Positions 8,370 to 17,107 of a stretch of 30,961 bases of DNA are shown here, in pieces. This DNA is from Trueperaceae bacterium (GTDB lineage: Bacteria; Deinococcota; Deinococci; Deinococcales; Trueperaceae), in contig JBBDRK010000032.1 of the NCBI GenBank assembly GCA_040905465.1, forward strand, positions 12,236 to 43,196, read 5' to 3'. The translations under genes were made by a program, and so were the position numbers. Below the pieces are notes generated by a model. The model saw nothing but the letters and a program-made list of their open reading frames with translations. It was not told where the DNA came from and ran no database searches. How positions within the stretch are numbered: the stretch's first letter is position 1; the number at the start of each line of letters is the position of its first letter.

Positions 8370-8915
8370 ATGGAGTTTCTGCGGCTGTTCTACGCCTTTG
8401 CCAAGGTCGGCTTGTTCGGCTTCGGGGGTGGCCCCTCCATGATTCCGCTGATGCAGGAGGAAGTGGTCGAGGTGCAGGCCTGGCTCAGCAGGGAGGAGTT
8501 CCTGGACGCTTTCGCCTTCGGTAACACGCTTCCTGGGCCCATTACGACCAAGATCGCCGGCTATGTCGGCTACAAGATAGCCGGAGTCGGTGGGGCCATC
8601 TCCGGATTGATCGGAATCAGCGTGCCGACGGTCATCGCGATGCTTGCACTGGGCGGCCTGTATGTTCGTTATCGTGAGGCGGAAGCGCTTACGGGCTTCC
8701 TGCGCGGTGTGCGGCCGGTCGTAATCGCCCTGTTGCTGATGGTGGTATGGCAGTTCGTGCCGAGTGCATTCGGACCGCCGAGCCAGTGGCTGGGTGCGTG
8801 GGCGCTTTGGCTGCTCGCGGTCAGCGCCTTCGTCCTGGGGGTGTTTTTCAACGTGCATCCCGCGGTGCTGATAGTCGCCGGCGGACTGCTGGGCATCTTC
8901 GTACTGCGGGCCTGA
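8370..8915 (+). CDS. Short-chain chromate ion transporter (CHR family)
   Basis: AGGAGG RBS; FGFGGG, WLSREEFLDAFAFGNTLPGP and GVRPVVIALL CHR motifs. Confidence 0.93.
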   Translation: MEFLRLFYAFAKVGLFGFGGGPSMIPLMQEEVVEVQAWLSREEFLDAFAFGNTLPGPITTKIAGYVGYKIAGVGGAISGLIGISVPTVIAMLALGGLYVRYREAEALTGFLRGVRPVVIALLLMVVWQFVPSAFGPPSQWLGAWALWLLAVSAFVLGVFFNVHPAVLIVAGGLLGIFVLRA

Positions 8916-8965
8916 CCTCCCGGAAGGTCAGCGGAGCGCCCGAACGCGACTCGAGAGGATAGACC

Positions 8966-10549
8966 GTGGACTTCAGCCAGCCCTACCCTTCACGCCGCCC
9001 GCCGCTACTGGCGCGCAACGTAGTCGCCACTTCCCAGCCGCTTGCCTCGCAGGCGGGCGTGGCGGCGTTGCAGGCGGGTGGCAACGCGGTAGACGCCGCA
9101 CTCGCGGCCGCCATAACGCTCACTGTCGTGGAACCCACCGGCAACGGGATCGGTTCCGACGCTTTCGCCATCGTATGGGACGGGCGCGAGTTGCACGGCC
9201 TGAACGCTTCCGGCCGCTCGCCCTCGTCCTGGACGCCCGAGCGTTTCGCCAGCCAGGGTGCAGTGCCGGAAAGGGGCTGGGATAGCGTCACCGTCCCCGG
9301 CGCCGTGTCGGCGTGGGTGGAGCTCTCTGGTCGCTTCGGAGTGCTGCCGTTCGAGCGGTTGTTCGAGTCGGCCGTCCGCTACGCGCGCGAAGGCTACCTG
9401 GTTTCTCCGCAGGTGGCTCGGCTGTGGGCGATGGCGGCCGCCAAGTTCTCGGACTTCGCCGAGTTCAGACGGGGATTTCTTCCGTCCGGGAAGGCACCGT
9501 CGCCGGGCGAGCTGTTCCGCTATCCCGATCAGGCCGCCACTTTGGAGCGTATTGCAAGCAGTAACGGCGAGGAGTTCTACCGCGGCGAGCTGGCGGCCAG
9601 GATGGCGGCGGACGCAGCAGCCAACGGCGCCGCCCTGAACGAACAGGACCTGGCCGAGCACAGGGCGGACTGGGTCGGCACGGTAGCGGGCGAATTCGGC
9701 GAGGTCGCCTTGCACGAGATACCGCCCAACGGTCAAGGACTTGCCGCATTGTTGGCGCTGGGCATCCTCAGGCATCTGCCGATCGCCGATTTCGAGGTCG
9801 ATTCCGCCGACAGCATTCACCTGCAGGTAGAAGCTATGAAGCTGGCCTTTGCCGACGCCTACCGTTATGTGGCGGACGCCGAGGCGCTCGAGCTGCACCC
9901 CGGCGAGTTGCTGGACGATGGCTATCTCGCCGAACGAGCTCGGTTGGTCGACCCGGCCAGCGCCGGCGACCCTGGCTACGGCAGGCCCGCGGACAGCGGG
10001 ACAGTCTATCTTTGTGCGGCGGACGCCGGCGGCATGATGGTCTCTTTCATCCAGTCGAACTACCGCGGCTTCGGATCGGGAGTCGTGGTGCCGGGTACCG
10101 GCATCAGCCTGCAGAACCGGGCGGCCGGGTTCACCCTGGAACCGGGCCATCCGAACCGGCTGGGGGGCGGCAAGAGACCGTTTCACACGATCATTCCCGG
10201 ATTCCTCATGCGCGCCGGAGATCCGCTCCTCGCTTTCGGCGTGATGGGCGGCCCCATGCAGCCGCAAGGCCACTTGCAGATGGTGTTGCGGACGGTGCTG
10301 CACGGTCAGAACCCGCAGGCGGCCTGCGACGCGCCACGTTGGCAGGTGTTGCGGGGTCGCGAGGTGGCGGTCGAGCCGGGCTTCCCGGGGCGAACCCTGG
10401 ACGAGCTGTCCGCGCGCGGGCACTTGCTTCGGCGAACGGCGCCGGAGGAGAGTTTCGCGTTCGGTGGCGGTCAGCTGGCGTGGCGTGGTCCCGAGGGATA
10501 CGTGGCGGCCTCCGACCCGCGAAAGGACGGCCAGGCGGCCGGCTTCTGA
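8966..10549 (+). CDS. ggt: Gamma-glutamyltransferase family protein
   Basis: GGNAVDAA, VVEPTGNGIGSD, catalytic Thr in SGTVYLCAAD, KRPFHTIIP, GVMGGPMQPQGH and SDPRKDG. Confidence 0.95.
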   Translation: MDFSQPYPSRRPPLLARNVVATSQPLASQAGVAALQAGGNAVDAALAAAITLTVVEPTGNGIGSDAFAIVWDGRELHGLNASGRSPSSWTPERFASQGAVPERGWDSVTVPGAVSAWVELSGRFGVLPFERLFESAVRYAREGYLVSPQVARLWAMAAAKFSDFAEFRRGFLPSGKAPSPGELFRYPDQAATLERIASSNGEEFYRGELAARMAADAAANGAALNEQDLAEHRADWVGTVAGEFGEVALHEIPPNGQGLAALLALGILRHLPIADFEVDSADSIHLQVEAMKLAFADAYRYVADAEALELHPGELLDDGYLAERARLVDPASAGDPGYGRPADSGTVYLCAADAGGMMVSFIQSNYRGFGSGVVVPGTGISLQNRAAGFTLEPGHPNRLGGGKRPFHTIIPGFLMRAGDPLLAFGVMGGPMQPQGHLQMVLRTVLHGQNPQAACDAPRWQVLRGREVAVEPGFPGRTLDELSARGHLLRRTAPEESFAFGGGQLAWRGPEGYVAASDPRKDGQAAGF

Positions 10550-10649
10550 TCCGGACCCGAATTGGCGTCCGGCCGACACAGATGGACGCCCGGCACGTTA
10601 GGCTCGGAAGAGGCCGTTTGATCGAGCACGGCCGGGGAAGGAACGAGCT

Positions 10650-11084
10650 ATGAACAGCGCACAATCCGGAAATGTCGTTCGGGTGCACTACACCGGTCGG
10701 CTGGACGACGGCAGCGTGTTCGACTCTTCACATGGACGCGAGCCACTGGAATTCACCTTGGGCGGGGGCCAGGTCATCTCGGGCTTCGAACGCGCCGTAG
10801 CGGGCATGGAGGTAGGGGAAACCCGCTCGACCAACGTGCCGGCGGACGAGGCCTACGGACCGCGACGCGAGGACCTGGTCCTGGAGATCGACCGCGAACA
10901 GATCCCCGAGGGCGTCGAGGTGTCGATAGGAACCCAGTTGCAGTTGCAGCAGGAGAACGGCCAGGCGGTGCCGGTTACTGTTGCCGAGGTCGGCAACGAA
11001 AGCGTAACGCTCGATGCCAACCACCCGTTGGCCGGCAAGGATCTGAGCTTCGAGCTCGAGCTGGTGGAGATCGAAGGGACCTGA
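10650..11084 (+). CDS. FKBP-type peptidyl-prolyl isomerase (SlyD/SlpA-like, no His-rich tail)
   Basis: VHYTGRLDDGSVFDSS, PLEFTLG, EAYG, insert-in-flap domain and DANHPLAGKDLSFE. Confidence 0.95.
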   Translation: MNSAQSGNVVRVHYTGRLDDGSVFDSSHGREPLEFTLGGGQVISGFERAVAGMEVGETRSTNVPADEAYGPRREDLVLEIDREQIPEGVEVSIGTQLQLQQENGQAVPVTVAEVGNESVTLDANHPLAGKDLSFELELVEIEGT

Positions 11085-11092
11085 ACGGAGAG

Positions 11093-11109
11093 CCGGACGG
11101 GCAGTCCGG
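11093..11109. terminator. Small hairpin between convergent genes
   Basis: CCGGAC-gggca-GTCCGG between the PPIase and GlsB stops; no U tract. Confidence 0.35.
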
Positions 11110-11112
11110 TCC

Positions 11113-11367
11113 TCAACGTTTCCTGCGCACCGCTCCGACGATCCATAACAGGACGACGGCGCCCAGAACCGCGACCAGCAAGCTGTAGATGTTGAATCCG
11201 GTCACGCCCTGGCCACCGAACAGGCTGAATACCAGGCCGCCGAGGAACGCGCCCACGACGCCGACGACGATGTCCATGAGGCAGCCTTGCTGGCGGTTCG
11301 TGCCCATGATCAGGCTTGCGATCCAGCCGGCCAGGGCGCCGAAGACTATCCACAGGATGATGTTCAC
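11113..11367 (-). CDS. GlsB/YeaQ/YmgE family (transglycosylase-associated) membrane protein
   Basis: WIVFGALAGWIA...IVVGVVGAFLGG...AVLGAVVLL; GAGAGGAG RBS before GTG 11367. Confidence 0.93.
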   Translation of the reverse strand: MNIILWIVFGALAGWIASLIMGTNRQQGCLMDIVVGVVGAFLGGLVFSLFGGQGVTGFNIYSLLVAVLGAVVLLWIVGAVRRKR

Positions 11368-11456
11368 GTTCGAGCTCCTCTCGCGACGCTTGCGCATGCA
11401 AATATAGCGAGGAGCCAGAACGTTTGCCGTGTCGAGAGCACCGATTCCTCAGGGCA

Positions 11457-11568
11457 GAACCGGCGAGGTGCCGGCCGCAGGCGTCGCGACCGGCGATCCG
11501 GGGGTGCCGCCCAATGACGTCGCGCCCGGCGAACCGGCGAGGTGCCGGCAACAGGCGTCGCGCCCGGC
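11457..11568. repeat. Three degenerate tandem copies of a 36-38 bp unit
   Basis: Units 11457-11494, 11495-11530 and 11531-11568; units 1 and 3 are GAACCGGCGAGGTGCCGGCnnCAGGCGTCGCGnCCGGC (3 differences). Confidence 0.85.
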
Positions 11569-11570
11569 GG

Positions 11571-12581
11571 TCAATATTTCTTGCTGGTGAGCCTGGCTTC
11601 CTGGAGGAGGTGGGCGAGGTCGAGCGCCTTGGCCGTGCCGATCACCACCGCGTCCGTGGGATTCTCGGCGACGGCCACCGGAATGTTGACCTCCCGCTCC
11701 AGGAATGTGTCGAGTCGACGCAACATCGCACCGCCGCCCGTCATCACCACGCCGCGCTCTATCACGTCGGATACGAGTTCCGGTGGCGCCTGCTCCAGTA
11801 CTCGCCTGACTCCGGTCGCGATCTTCTCGAGTGAGCTTTCCAGGGCGGACATTACGTCCGCCGTGGTTATCTCTATCGACTTGGGCATACCGTCGATAAG
11901 GTCGCGACCCCGTACCTCGATGGAGCGGTTCTCGTCTTCACCAACCATCGTCGCGGCGCCCACCTCGCGCTTTATCTGTTCGGCGGTCCGCTCGCCGATG
12001 AGCAGGTTGTGCTGCGCCTTCACGAAGCGCACGATCTCCTGGTCGAAGGTATTGCCGGCGATTCGCAGCGAATCCGACACCACGATTCCACCCATGCTGA
12101 TTACGGCGATGTCGGTGGTTCCTCCGCCGACATCCACCACCATGGAGCCGATCGGCTCGGCGATGTCGATTCCGGCGCCGATCGCGCCCGCCACAGGTTC
12201 TTCTATCAGGTAAGCTTTGCGCGCCCCGATCTCGTTCATCGCCTGCAGGACGGCGCGCTTCTCCACCTCGGTTATTCCACTGGGGATGCAGACCATTATG
12301 TTGGGGCGCAGAAAGCGGCCCGGACCGGAGAGGACCTTGCGAATGAAGGCCTTCAGCATCTTTTCGGTGAGCGTGTAGTCGGCTATCACGCCCTGGTCCA
12401 TAGGCCGGATGGCGGTAATGTTTCCGGGTGTTCGTCCCAGCATTCGGTACGCTTCCGCGCCGACCGCCTTGACTTGAGTGGTTCCCTTGATGACCGCGAT
12501 CACGGCGGGCTCGCGCAGCAAGACGCCCTTGCCCTTGACGTGAATGCGAACGTTGGTCGTGCCGAGATCGACGCCTATCAC
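11571..12581 (-). CDS. mreB: Rod shape-determining actin MreB (MreB/Mbl family)
   Basis: IGVDLGTTN, REPAVIA, IRPMDQGVIADY, GITEVEKRA, IEEPVAGAIGAG, VDVGGGTTD, IGERTAEQIK and MTGGGAML. Confidence 0.95.
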   Translation of the reverse strand: MIGVDLGTTNVRIHVKGKGVLLREPAVIAVIKGTTQVKAVGAEAYRMLGRTPGNITAIRPMDQGVIADYTLTEKMLKAFIRKVLSGPGRFLRPNIMVCIPSGITEVEKRAVLQAMNEIGARKAYLIEEPVAGAIGAGIDIAEPIGSMVVDVGGGTTDIAVISMGGIVVSDSLRIAGNTFDQEIVRFVKAQHNLLIGERTAEQIKREVGAATMVGEDENRSIEVRGRDLIDGMPKSIEITTADVMSALESSLEKIATGVRRVLEQAPPELVSDVIERGVVMTGGGAMLRRLDTFLEREVNIPVAVAENPTDAVVIGTAKALDLAHLLQEARLTSKKY

Positions 12582-12802
12582 CCGCCTACACTAACAACAA
12601 ACGATGAGACGCGCCTCAGGGCCGCCGGAGCGAACATAGCCGGAGACACGGTGCCCCTCCGCCGGTTCAGCGAGCGTGGGGAGACGCGGACGGACCGGGC
12701 GCCTGCCGGAGTTCGGCTCGCGGCATTCAGACTGGTGAGGACGAGGCAGCCGTGAGGGAAATACGGACTGTCATGAGCGCTCAGGGTGCGGGGGAACGGC
12801 GA

Positions 12803-13945
12803 ATGCCTACTGTCGGAATCGTCGGCTCCTACGGGGGCCTCAATATCGGCGACGAAGCGATCTTTACCTGCCTGTCGGAGGAGTTGGCTCACCTCCTTCC
12901 CGATGTGCGGCTCGTGGTCTTCTCGCGGGATGCCGAGCACACTCGCCGGCACTACCCTGTACACCGGGTAGTGCCGGTGCGCGAACTCACCCGCGAGGAG
13001 GTAACCCCCGAGATTCAATCTCTCGACGTTCTGCTCCTGGGGGGAGGGGGCATCCTCTTCGACGACGAGGTACTTACCTTCCTGCGTGAGGTGAGACTCG
13101 CCCAGCAGCTCGGCATACCGACCTTCGCGGCCAGCGTGGGCGCCGGGCCGCTCGAACGGGGTGAGGGACGCAAGGCCGCGCGGATCACCCTGGATGCAAT
13201 GAACGGTGTGACGGTACGCGACCTGGAGGCGAAGCGGCTGCTGGAGGAGATCGGCGTCGAGCGCAATATCGTGGTCACTGCAGATCCCGCCTGGCTGCTC
13301 GCGCCGAGCCCGTTCGATGACGGCATGCTGGTTCGCGAGGGGATCACCCCGGGAGTCCCGTTGGTGGGATATTCGGTTCGCGAGCCTGGTGGAGCCGCGC
13401 CCGGTCTCGATGAAAGCGCCTATCACCGCCTGATCGCCGACGCGGCCGACTTTGCGGTAGAGCGGTACGGAACCGACATCGTGTTCGTACCCATGGAAAG
13501 GGCCGACATCCGGCACGCTCACCATGTGATTGCCGAAATGAGCAACGCCGAGCATGCGACGGTGCTCAAGGGCGGCTATCGGCCCAGCCAAATCCTGGGG
13601 TTGGTATCGCGGTTCGAGTTGGCGGTGGGGATGCGGCTCCATTTCCTGATCTTCTGCGCGCTCGCCCGGGTTCCCTTCCTTCCGCTGCCTTATGCTGGCA
13701 AGGTGAGCAGCATGATCCGTTCACTCGACCTGCCCGTCGAAAGCATGGTGCAAGACGGCCGGGCCGGTCCGTTGCTGGCTTCGATCGACAGGCTCTGGGA
13801 CCATCGCGGGCTTCGACGCGAGCACCTCGAGCGGAAGGTACCGGAGATCCAGGATCGCGCTCGTGTCACGTTGCGGATGCTGCTGGAGGTGTTGGAGGGG
13901 CGACCCTTCGCACAGGTTCCGGCGGACGTTCAGGACGGACGCTGA
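12803..13945 (+). CDS. Polysaccharide pyruvyl transferase family protein (CsaB/WcaK-like)
   Basis: GSYGGLNIGDEAI, LLGGGGIL, VTVRD, TADPA and GMRLHFLI motifs; start could be 12773 or 12803. Confidence 0.9.
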   Translation: MPTVGIVGSYGGLNIGDEAIFTCLSEELAHLLPDVRLVVFSRDAEHTRRHYPVHRVVPVRELTREEVTPEIQSLDVLLLGGGGILFDDEVLTFLREVRLAQQLGIPTFAASVGAGPLERGEGRKAARITLDAMNGVTVRDLEAKRLLEEIGVERNIVVTADPAWLLAPSPFDDGMLVREGITPGVPLVGYSVREPGGAAPGLDESAYHRLIADAADFAVERYGTDIVFVPMERADIRHAHHVIAEMSNAEHATVLKGGYRPSQILGLVSRFELAVGMRLHFLIFCALARVPFLPLPYAGKVSSMIRSLDLPVESMVQDGRAGPLLASIDRLWDHRGLRREHLERKVPEIQDRARVTLRMLLEVLEGRPFAQVPADVQDGR

Positions 13946-13948
13946 CAT

Positions 13949-15373
13949 ATGCCACCGCTCGATCCTCAGAAGAGCCTGCAGCACGTCACCCTGCCGGCGA
14001 GGGAGGCACGCGTGGCCGCCGACGTCGATGTGTTGGTGGTCGGCGGCGGCCCGGCCGGACTCGGCGCCGCGCTGGGCGCCGCCTGGGCGGGTGCCGAGGT
14101 GGTGCTTGCCGAGCGGTACGGGTTCCTGGGCGGAAACGCTACCGCCGCGCTGGTGATGCCGCTGATGTCCCACTTCACCCAGAAGGAGCCGGCCGCCAAT
14201 CCGGACCTCACCCGCTTGCTGCCCGCCGATCATGGACCCGGCGATCCGGTAGTGGCCGGAGCGCTCGAGGTCCTGTTGCACCGACTGATCTCCTCCGGCT
14301 GGGGTCTCGCACCAGACCAGAGCACCGGCTTTACCGTGCCCTTCGATCCCGAGGGGTTCAAGGCGGTCGCGCTGGAGCTGCTCGACGAGGCGGGAGTAAA
14401 GTTCCTCCTCCACTCGTTCGCGTCGTCGACGGTTGGTGAAGACGCTACCGAGGGCGTGGTTTTCGAGACGAAGTCGGGACCGCTGGTGATCTACGCCGAT
14501 GCCGTCGTGGACTCTACCGGTGACGGTGACGTGGCGGCAGCGGCGGGGGCCGAGTATCGGGTCGGACGCGAAGAGGACGGCCTGGTGCAGCCGATGACGT
14601 TGATGTTTCGAATGGTGGAGTTCGAGCGGCCGGACTTCGCCGCCTACGTGCGTGACAACCCGACCGAGTGGCGCGGGGTTCACGGGCTGTGGTCGCTCAT
14701 CGACGACGCTACGCGCGCCGGCGAACTCGACCTGCCCCGGGAAGACATACTGCTGTTCGCGACTCCCTACGAGCGCGAGTTGAGCGTCAACAGCACTCGC
14801 GTAGGCGGTGTGCTGGGCACCGACGTCTGGGACCTCACGCGAGCGGAGTGGGAGAGCCGGCGCCAGGTGAGGCAGATCGTCACCTTCCTGAAGAAACGCG
14901 TGCCGGGCTTCGCCGACGCCTATATGGCACAGAGCGGGATCCAGATCGGGGTGCGCGAGACCCGCAGGATCATGGGTGATTATGTGCTGACGGGCGCCGA
15001 TGTGGTGTCGGCCCAGCGTTTCGATGACGTCGTAGCGCGTGGGGCCTACCCGATCGACATCCACAATCCCAGCGGCAAGGGCACCGTCCTGAAGAGGCTG
15101 CCTCCGGGCGAGGCCTACGACATCCCGTTGCGCTGCCTGCTCCCGCGCGGCGTCGAGCGGTTGCTGGTGGCCGGCCGCTGCATCTCGGGAACACACGAAG
15201 CGCACTCCTCCTATCGGGTTACGCCGATTGCGATGGCGACCGGCCAGGCCGCCGGCGTCTGTGCCGCCCTGGCCTCATCGGAGCGTTCCTCGCCGCGAGC
15301 CGTCTCCAGCTCCCGAGTGCAGGAGGCGTTGCTGGCACAAGGTGCCAACCTCCGAGACCTCGGTCGAGGGTGA
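13949..15373 (+). CDS. FAD-dependent oxidoreductase (FAD_oxidored-type)
   Basis: DVLVVGGGPAG, ERYGFLGG, VDSTGDGD, GVRETRRI, YDIPLRCL, AGRCIS and ATGQAAG; starts 3 nt after the upstream gene. Confidence 0.92.
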   Translation: MPPLDPQKSLQHVTLPAREARVAADVDVLVVGGGPAGLGAALGAAWAGAEVVLAERYGFLGGNATAALVMPLMSHFTQKEPAANPDLTRLLPADHGPGDPVVAGALEVLLHRLISSGWGLAPDQSTGFTVPFDPEGFKAVALELLDEAGVKFLLHSFASSTVGEDATEGVVFETKSGPLVIYADAVVDSTGDGDVAAAAGAEYRVGREEDGLVQPMTLMFRMVEFERPDFAAYVRDNPTEWRGVHGLWSLIDDATRAGELDLPREDILLFATPYERELSVNSTRVGGVLGTDVWDLTRAEWESRRQVRQIVTFLKKRVPGFADAYMAQSGIQIGVRETRRIMGDYVLTGADVVSAQRFDDVVARGAYPIDIHNPSGKGTVLKRLPPGEAYDIPLRCLLPRGVERLLVAGRCISGTHEAHSSYRVTPIAMATGQAAGVCAALASSERSSPRAVSSSRVQEALLAQGANLRDLGRG

Positions 15374-15400
15374 GTTGCCAGAACGGATTGAAGTAGGTAT

Positions 15401-15470
15401 AAAAAAAGAACCTTGGAAGGATCTCCGCCGGGGGGGCAGCGGGGTGCGGAGATGCAACTCCCAAAGTTCT
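15401..15470 (-). ncRNA. Candidate ~70-nt hairpin small RNA with a C-rich loop and U tail
   Basis: 13-bp stem (2 G-U pairs that form only on the minus strand), 8-bp stem, 17-nt loop ACCCCGCUGCCCCCCCG and U7 tail; promoter directly upstream. Confidence 0.6.
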
Positions 15471-15475
15471 AAGAG

Positions 15476-15503
15476 ATTCTAACAGACTCAGCGCATATTG
15501 CAA
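15476..15503 (-). promoter_or_regulatory. Sigma70-type promoter for the candidate sRNA
   Basis: TTGCAA (15503-15498), 16-nt spacer, TAGAAT (15481-15476) with an extended TGn element. Confidence 0.6.
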
Positions 15504-15639
15504 GGCCGTGAGAAGGATGTGGGAATCTTCCCAAGCTCGCCGGCCGGCTCTTTCGGTCGCCCGGTCCGCCTGCACCGACCTATTCGGCGGGTGCGGCGGC
15601 TAACGGGCCGCGGGCCGGCATTGGAGCGGCGGCGATTAA

Positions 15640-16173
15640 TTAGTTCAGCGTGGCGCTCAACGTGACCTGCAGAAGCAGATCCTCGGAAGCAGCCATGGTA
15701 GACCTGGCGCCGACGCGGTAGCGCGTCGCTTCCGAGGACTGCTCGCGGAGCGTGCCATCGTTGCGGTAGTAGCCCGAATCCGAGCCGCTGAGGGCGCTTA
15801 CGTCGGCGCCCAGGTTCGATTCGAAGTCGTTGTCGTCACTGGTGCCCGCCACCCGCCAGGCGAGCAGGTAGTCGGGCTGAAAGCCGGAAAGGGCCAGGCT
15901 CAACGAGTTCGAGCTCAGGTCGGAATAGGAGACCCGGATGATGAAGTTGGTCCCGTAGGTGTAGAAGTTGTTGCTGAGCTGGCCGAGCGAGTAGCCGCTG
16001 CCGAAGTCCTCGGGGGTCGGCGAGTCGGTCATTATCTGCACGCTGACGGAGGGCTGGGCGAGACCGACGGCGCAACTCAGCAGGAGGAGTATCAGCAGCG
16101 CCCGCCGGTACGGCGCTGGGGCGGGCCGCTTGCGACATTGGCTTCTCCACGAGAGTCGCGAGTTCTTGAGCAT
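15640..16173 (-). CDS. Secreted pilin-like subunit (minor), paralog of 16397-16984
   Basis: Signal peptide (RRALLILLLLSCAVGLA|Q); shares LxQLS..YTY..F..R..YS and VGA....ASxDL...VTLxATxN with the upstream gene; GAGGTAGG RBS. Confidence 0.75.
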   Translation of the reverse strand: MLKNSRLSWRSQCRKRPAPAPYRRALLILLLLSCAVGLAQPSVSVQIMTDSPTPEDFGSGYSLGQLSNNFYTYGTNFIIRVSYSDLSSNSLSLALSGFQPDYLLAWRVAGTSDDNDFESNLGADVSALSGSDSGYYRNDGTLREQSSEATRYRVGARSTMAASEDLLLQVTLSATLN

Positions 16174-16308
16174 CTCAGTCAGCCTACCTCAAGAGAGAGT
16201 CGCCTCGTTGGGACAGCCGCGTCGGGCGGCCGGGCTGGTGTGACGCGGTTGGGGCGGCCTTCCCGGGGCCGCGGGGTTGAGGGGCCGGGCCCGAGCGCCG
16301 TAGGGACC

Positions 16309-16355
16309 AACAGTTGGGGCACGCGAAGCGAAGTGCCTCGCGTGCCCCAACTGTT
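16309..16355 (-). terminator. Perfect 18-bp stem-loop after the major subunit gene (terminator or mRNA stabiliser)
   Basis: AACAGTTGGGGCACGCGA (16309-16326) and TCGCGTGCCCCAACTGTT (16338-16355) around an 11-nt loop. Confidence 0.8.
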
Positions 16356-16396
16356 AGAGCAGGACAGGTTCCAGTGAACCCGGGGAAGAGCGGTCG

Positions 16397-16984
16397 TTAG
16401 TTGACGGTCGCGGTGAGGGTGACCGTGGTTTGGGTGAGGTCGGCGGAAGCGGACGCCTTGGCCTGGGCGCCGACCTCGAAGAAGGTGAATTCAGTGGTAG
16501 TCGTGGTCAATGCTTCGAAGGCCACTTGGGGCGGGCCGGCATCGGCATCGCCCTTCACCGAACCGGCGTTAGCGCCGGATGCGGCCGTACTACCGAGTGC
16601 CGTGGCCGTGGTACCGAGGACGACCGGAGCGGTCTTTACAGCAGAAGCGGTGGCGGAGAACGCCAGGAAGCGGTAGGCCACGTCGTAGTCGGCGTCGACG
16701 GCGTCGATCTTGATGTCCAGGCTGAGAGTGCTGCTGGCGGCAACGTTGCTGTAGTCGATCCTGACCGTGAAGGGGTCGCTGTAGGTGTACGCCGACGTGC
16801 TGAGCTGGCGCAGGTCTATCGCCTTCTGTAGGGCCGTCAGATCGGAGCCGGCTTCGTTCTGCAGGGTGACGGTGACCGTGTTGGACGGCATCTGTCCGTC
16901 CAGCGTGAGGCTGTCGCTCTGGGCGAAGCTTGCGGCGATCAGCGCGATCAGCACGGTAGTGCCTAGTATCTTGACGATCTTCAT
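16397..16984 (-). CDS. Secreted pilin-like subunit (probable major fimbrial subunit)
   Basis: AAGGAG RBS; Sec signal MKIVK...AASFA|Q; Ala/Thr/Ser-rich and beta-rich; alternating C-terminal strand TTVTLTATVN. Confidence 0.8.
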   Translation of the reverse strand: MKIVKILGTTVLIALIAASFAQSDSLTLDGQMPSNTVTVTLQNEAGSDLTALQKAIDLRQLSTSAYTYSDPFTVRIDYSNVAASSTLSLDIKIDAVDADYDVAYRFLAFSATASAVKTAPVVLGTTATALGSTAASGANAGSVKGDADAGPPQVAFEALTTTTTEFTFFEVGAQAKASASADLTQTTVTLTATVN

Positions 16985-17107
16985 GTGGTTCTCCTTGGAT
17001 CCTGAATTCGCCCGATCGGGCGCTTATGAGTACAGCCCGGCCAGAGATGCCGGTCCTGGCTGGGCGCTTGACTCGTTCGAGGGAAAGGATGAACACGGAA
17101 GATCATC

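Noticed and set aside
11457-11568. Mini CRISPR array (38-bp repeat, 36-bp spacer, 38-bp repeat)
   Set aside because: The apparent spacer is itself a degenerate copy of the repeat, and there are no cas genes or AT-rich leader.
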